Below are positions 25,385 to 31,239 of a stretch of 31,239 bases of DNA, piece after piece. Made by a program: the position numbers and the translations under genes. Source of the stretch: Eledone cirrhosa (lineage: Eukaryota); NCBI GenBank assembly GCA_964016885.1, contig CAXHJY010001201.1, positions 1 through 31,239 on the forward strand, given 5' to 3'. The notes below the pieces were generated by a model. The model had not been told where the DNA came from. It made no database searches and was given only the letters and a program-made list of their open reading frames with translations. Numbering within the stretch: position 1 is the first letter of the stretch; each line of letters starts with the position of its first letter.

Positions 25385-26470
25385 GACTTGACAATTGTTG
25401 TCATTGGTCTAAGTCTGGTAATGTTGAGCAGCTCACTGATACAGATATACGTCACTGAGCCGCTTGCCAGTCATAAGTCTCATGATGTGGTTCTGGAATG
25501 TAGAGAGCTTCTCAAGTGACCTTGTCGTCCAATTAACACAGTCAAGACCAGCTCACTGATACAGATACAGTTGCTGAGCCGCTTGCCAGTCATAAGTCTC
25601 ATGATGTGGTTCTGGAATGTAGGGAGCTTCTCAAGTGACCTTGTCGTCCAATTAACACAGTCAAGACCAGCTCACTGATACAGATACACGTCACTGAGCC
25701 ACTTATCAGTCATAAGTCTCAAGATGTGGCTCTAGAATGTAGAGAGCTTCTCAAGTGACCTTGTCGTCCAATTAACACAGTCAAGACCAGCTCACTGATA
25801 CAGATACAGTTGCTGAGCCGCTTGTCAGTCATAAGTCTCATGATGTGGTTCTGGAATGTAGAGAGCTTCTCAAGTGACCTTGTCGTCCAATTAGCACAGT
25901 CAAGACCAGCTCACTGATACAGCTACACGTCACTGAGCCGCTTGCCAGTCATAAGTCTCATGATGTGGTTCTGGAATATAGAGAGCTTCTCAAGTGACCT
26001 TGTCGTCCAATTAACACAGTCAAGACCAGCTCACTGATACAGATACATGTCACTGAGCCGCTTGCCAGTCATAAGTCTCATGATGTGGTTCTGGAATGTA
26101 GAGAGCTTCTCAAGTGACCTTGTCCAATTAACAGTCAAGACCAGCTCACTGATACAGATACACGTCACTGAGCCACTTATCAGTCATAAGTCTCAAGATG
26201 TGACTCTAGAATGTAGAGAGCTTCTCAAGTGACCTTGTCGTCCAATTAACACAGTCAAGACCAGCTCACTGATACAGATACACGTCACCGAGCCGCTTGC
26301 CAGTCATAAGTCTCATGATGTGGTTCTGGAATGTAGAGAGCTTCTCAAGTGACCTTGTCGTCCAATTAACACAGTCAAGACCATATAACACATCTGGTAG
26401 GATGTAAGTATCAAAGATCTTAGCCTTCAAATGATAGGGAACTCGTTTTGATGTTAGCACTTCCTTGTAC
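25385..26470 (-). mobile_element. RTE-like LINE fragment (post-RT region) with internal tandem amplification
   Basis: Minus: LKAKIFDTYILPDVLYGLDCVNWTTRSLEKLSTFQNHIMRLMTGKRL, continuing after a frameshift as ISELLNITRLRPMTTIVKS. Confidence 0.75.
25429..26382. repeat. ~120-bp tandem repeat x8
   Basis: CAGCTCACTGATACAG at 25429, 25549, 25668, 25788, 25907, 26027, 26142, 26262. Confidence 0.95.
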
Positions 26471-26733
26471 GTCCTTTCTAGAGAGTGACAATAAATGTGA
26501 TATAGAGGGAGATTCGGCTGCTATTACTGTCAGGTTGGAGGCGCCATAGATATATAGCAATATTTCTAACACAACCCATATTTCATATCAGGCCCGGGGG
26601 TCTATTTACCCGCTTTGTACGGCCCCTCTTGACACGTCCTTCTATAGGTACAGTAAATATGTGACACAGAGGCGAATTTGACTGCTATTACTGTGAAGTC
26701 AGAGGACAAGCTTGTCACATCCTTCCTCTATAG

Positions 26734-27347
26734 CAGTGGTTCTCAACCTTTTTTTGCCAACGGCTCACCTTGGAACACATGAAAAAATAGCAGCACACCT
26801 AGCTAAATATATATGAAAAATTTGAACTCTGAAAATTACGCTATTTTTCAACCATTTTGGGTCATATCTCAGCAAAAATTAGGACTAGATGAAAAAGAAA
26901 TATATCATTTGTCTCAGTTTTAGAGGTAGATTCTACCATAAAAGTGAAAAAAAAAGATGCATGATATAATAATTTTTTTCTCTCCCGGGGGCATGTCCCA
27001 TTTAAGGACAAGTATTGACCAATATCCATTCATTTGATCGATACTAATGACGAACGAAACAATAAAAGGTATAGAATTTTTAGCATTGCGACATTTGGAA
27101 ACATTTCGCTCATCCCTAAATGAACAATGCTATGTGGTGCAACATGTTACGCCACAGATGTGGTGCAACATGTTACGCCACAGATGTGGTGCAACATGTT
27201 ACCCCACAGACGTGGTGCAACATGTTACCCCACAGACTGTAAATACTCAATTGGGATCACGTGGTTTTTCGCATTTTCTGAGTGTGCCGTTCAAAATTTC
27301 GCGGCATACTTAGGAAGATCTCGCGGCACACTGGTTGAGAATCACTG
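26734..27347. mobile_element. Non-autonomous hAT-like DNA transposon (614 bp)
   Basis: TIRs CAGTGGTTCTCAACC / GGTTGAGAATCACTG; imperfect TSD CTCTATAG / CTCTTGTAG. Confidence 0.8.
27132..27237. repeat. 26-bp palindromic tandem repeat x4 inside the MITE
   Basis: ATGTGGTGCAACATGTTACGCCACAG at 27132, 27158, 27184, 27210. Confidence 0.9.
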
Positions 27348-27739
27348 CTCTTGTAGAGACAGCCATTATGTGACCCAGAGGGGAATTTGGCTGCTATTAC
27401 TGTCAGGTTGTGTGAGGATCCCACAAATATTTCCCCCTATAGAGTCGCAAAGAAGATATGTTATCTGTGTATGAGACGATACGTCTGACGTAGAGTAAAG
27501 TATATGACACTAAACCGCACCCCTCCAACCCAGTTCCCACCCGCTGTTGTTTTTTTTGGGTAAACACTGGAGTTCTTAGTGAGAGAGGAGCGCCCTCTTC
27601 AGGCTCTACTTGTCACTATGTCTTGAAATATGTTTGCCACACATCGACACATGTCAGAATGATATTAACGACAACATCAACAACAATATCAACAGTAACA
27701 ACAACTAAAACATTAATAACAACTAGCAAGAACAACAAC

Positions 27740-28205
27740 ATATACTGCTACTATTACCACTACAACTAGTACTACTACTACTACCATTACTACTACTACT
27801 ACTACCATTACTACTACTACCATTACTACTACTACTACTACCATTACTACTAGTCCTACCATTACTACTACTACTACTACCATTACTACTACTACTACTA
27901 CTACTGCCACTACCATTACTACTACTACTACCATTACTACTACTACTACCATTACTACTACTAATACTACCACTACTATTACTACCAGTCCTACCATTAC
28001 TACTACTACTACCACTACAACCAGTACTACTACTACTACTACCAGTACTACTACCAGTACTACTACTACTACTACTACTATCATTACTACTACTACCACC
28101 ACCACCACCACCACCACCACTACTACTACCACCACCACCACCACCACCACCACTACTACTACTACCACTACTACTATTATTACTACTACTAATAATAATA
28201 ATAAT
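27740..28205. repeat. (ACT/ACC)n trinucleotide repeat
   Basis: Read directly. Confidence 0.95.
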
Positions 28206-28308
28206 ATTTTTCTAAATAATTCAGCCATAACTGCAACAACCACAACAACAGCAGAGAGGGGGATAGTGGTGTAGTTAGGTAGATAGAGAGATACATAGAG
28301 GAGAGATA

Positions 28309-28343
<35 letters not shown>

Positions 28344-28539
28344 TGGAGAGAGAGAGAGAGATGGAGAGAGAGAGAGAGAGATGGAGAGAGAGAGAGAGAG
28401 AGATGGAGAGAGAGCGAGATAGAGAGATGGAGAGAGAGAGAGATAGAGAGATGGAGAGAGAGAAAGAGAGGGAGAGAGAGAATGTGCGTATTGGAACATA
28501 TGGTTTATGATACATCTTCTGAAAGCTGGATGCTTGAAA

Positions 28540-28589
<50 letters not shown>

Positions 28590-28595
<6 letters not shown>

Positions 28596-28751
28596 AAGTA
28601 TGACCCCGACGGCAGAGCTTAAGCCTAGCCGTCGATACGGCTTCAGCTCTGCCGTCGGGGTCATACTTTTTCCTATCTCCACTCTACTACTCTAAGTATT
28701 GAGTACTGTGGTGCGTTATGGTCCATCTGGTTCCTTACCACATTTCCTTTG

Positions 28752-28756
<5 letters not shown>
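28590..28756 (+). mobile_element. Family A fold-back element
   Basis: GAAAAAGTATGACCCCGACGGCAGAGCT / AGCTCTGCCGTCGGGGTCATACTTTTTC plus tail; TA-flanked. Confidence 0.85.
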
Positions 28757-28800
<44 letters not shown>

Positions 28801-28864
28801 AACAGCCACACACACACACGGACACGCACACACACACATATATATATACATACACACACACTCA

Positions 28865-28899
<35 letters not shown>

Positions 28900-29169
28900 A
28901 GAGAGAGAGAGAGAGAGAGATAGACAAATAGATAGAGAGATTAATGAAAATACTAAGTCCAAAATGTGATTCACGTATCACAGCTTTGGTAATAAAGATT
29001 ATTTAAACTACATTGAACTTACCATTCTCCTTATTCTATATATACTCCGCCACCGACTGACAAAGAATATACAGTATGTTGAGTGCTTAAGCTATTGCAT
29101 ATTATTCAATGATTGCTGTGTTGTAAGCGATATCCTGTGCATGTTTTCTCGAATTTGTAAACCCAAAAG

Positions 29170-29237
29170 TACCCTAAGTATTGAGTACTTTGGTGCGTTT
29201 GGTCCACCTGGTTCCTTACCACATTTCCTTCGTTATA
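29170..29237 (+). mobile_element. Family A 3' tail only
   Basis: TACCCTAAGTATTGAGTACTTTGGTGCG...CCTTCGTTATA runs into (TA)n. Confidence 0.8.
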
Positions 29238-29241
29238 TATG

Positions 29242-29343
<102 letters not shown>

Positions 29344-29344
29344 C

Positions 29345-29398
<54 letters not shown>

Positions 29399-29401
29399 AA
29401 C

Positions 29402-29446
<45 letters not shown>

Positions 29447-29473
29447 TAACATATATATATATATATGTATGAC

Positions 29474-29535
<62 letters not shown>

Positions 29536-29745
29536 CATATATATATATAAAATATATATATATATATATAAATATATATATATGTATAACATATATATAT
29601 ATATATAACATATATATATATATGTATATATATATATATGTATAACATATATATACATATGTATATATATATATATGTATAAACATATACATATATATAT
29701 ATATATATGTATAAACATATATATACATATATATATATATGTATA

Positions 29746-29826
<81 letters not shown>

Positions 29827-30037
29827 AAGAAAGTGAGGTTTTTTTACAAAATGAGAAATAACCGAGGTGTCCTACACGAGTGAAAGTATAAAGAAAAAAA
29901 GATGAAATCAAAAATGCCACTGGAGTCTTATTTAAAAAATATATATATTTATTTGGTTCCTTTACCGGTTTCACAGTATTTCTGCTTTTCAAAAGTAGAG
30001 TTGAGATGGAGAGTCTGTGGTTTTTCTCAGATCAGAC

Positions 30038-30039
<2 letters not shown>

Positions 30040-30081
<42 letters not shown>

Positions 30082-30233
30082 TACTGTACGTCTGTATACA
30101 TATATGTATGTAGTTTTATATATATATGTATATATATATATGTATAATATATATATATATGTATAATGTATATATATATGTATAATGTATATATGTATAA
30201 TGTATATATATAATATATATATATATGTATAAT

Positions 30234-30264
<31 letters not shown>

Positions 30265-30301
30265 GTATAATATATATATATAATATATATATATGTATAA
30301 T

Positions 30302-30334
<33 letters not shown>

Positions 30335-30651
30335 GTATAATATATATATATAATATATATATATATGTATAATATATATATATATGTATAATATATATAT
30401 ATGTATAATGTATATATATAATATATATATATAATATATATATATAAGTATAATATATATATATATGTATAATGTATATATATATAATATATATATAATA
30501 TATATATATATGTATAATATATATTTATAATATATATGTATAATATATATGTATAATATATATATATATGTATAATATATATATATAATATATATATATA
30601 TATGTATAATATATATATATAATATATATATATATAATATATATATATATG

Positions 30652-30692
<41 letters not shown>

Positions 30693-31239
30693 ACATATAT
30701 ATGTATAATATATATATATATAATATATATTTATAATATATATATATATATGTATAATATATATATATATGTATAATATATATATATATGTATAATATAT
30801 ATATATTTATAATGTATATATATAATATATATATATTTATAATGTATATATATAATATATATATATTTATAATGTATATATATAATATATATATATTTAT
30901 AATGTATATATATAATATATATATATATAATGTATATATATAATATATATATATAATATGTATATAATATATATGTATAATATATATATATATAATGTAT
31001 ATATATAATATATATATATAATATGTATATAATATATATGTATAATATATATGTATAATATATATGTATAATATATATGTATAATATATATGTATAATAT
31101 ATATGTATAACATATATGTATAATATATATATATATAATATATATATATATAATATATATATATAAAATATATATATATATATAATATATATATATATAA
31201 TATATATATATAATATAATATATATATATAATATATAAT
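30040..31239. repeat. AT-rich low-complexity satellite (TA)n-TGTATAA
   Basis: Read directly. Confidence 0.95.

Larger units (their letters stand above)
26469..27460. repeat. Old degenerate repeat (ATGTGACNNAGAGGGAATTTGGCTGCTATTACTGTCAGGTT) x3, interrupted by the MITE
   Basis: Copies near 26495, 26659, 27368. Confidence 0.7.

Noticed and set aside
25429-26382. CRISPR-like array
   Set aside because: Contiguous units with no unique spacers; LINE-derived; eukaryotic context with no cas genes.
29955-30040. Minus-strand GAAACCGGTA hammerhead 3' half
   Set aside because: No properly placed CTGANGA or stem I partner; possibly a truncated relic but unsupported.

Overview
AT-rich, microsatellite-saturated eukaryotic non-coding DNA. 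The SINE families suggest an octopus-like cephalopod (inference). No host protein-coding gene can be supported, and almost all listed ORFs are microsatellite read-throughs. The non-microsatellite islands are mobile-element relics: RTE and CRE LINE fragments, two tRNA-SINE families, a hAT-like MITE and a LINE-derived ~120-bp tandem array. The main signal is a dense set of short non-coding elements carrying type I hammerhead ribozymes (HHR), from at least 6 sequence families. I count 11 copies with a near-canonical core and at least 10 mutated or half copies, nearly all flanked by (TA)n tracts. The families share a layout: often TATA-like box > HHR > AATAAA-like signal > ACTC...GAGT motif. They often form copy-specific head-to-head fold-backs, one centred exactly on the predicted self-cleavage site. 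This fits non-autonomous Penelope-like (PLE) pseudo-LTR or retrozyme elements that target TA microsatellites. All folds and alignments were done by eye.
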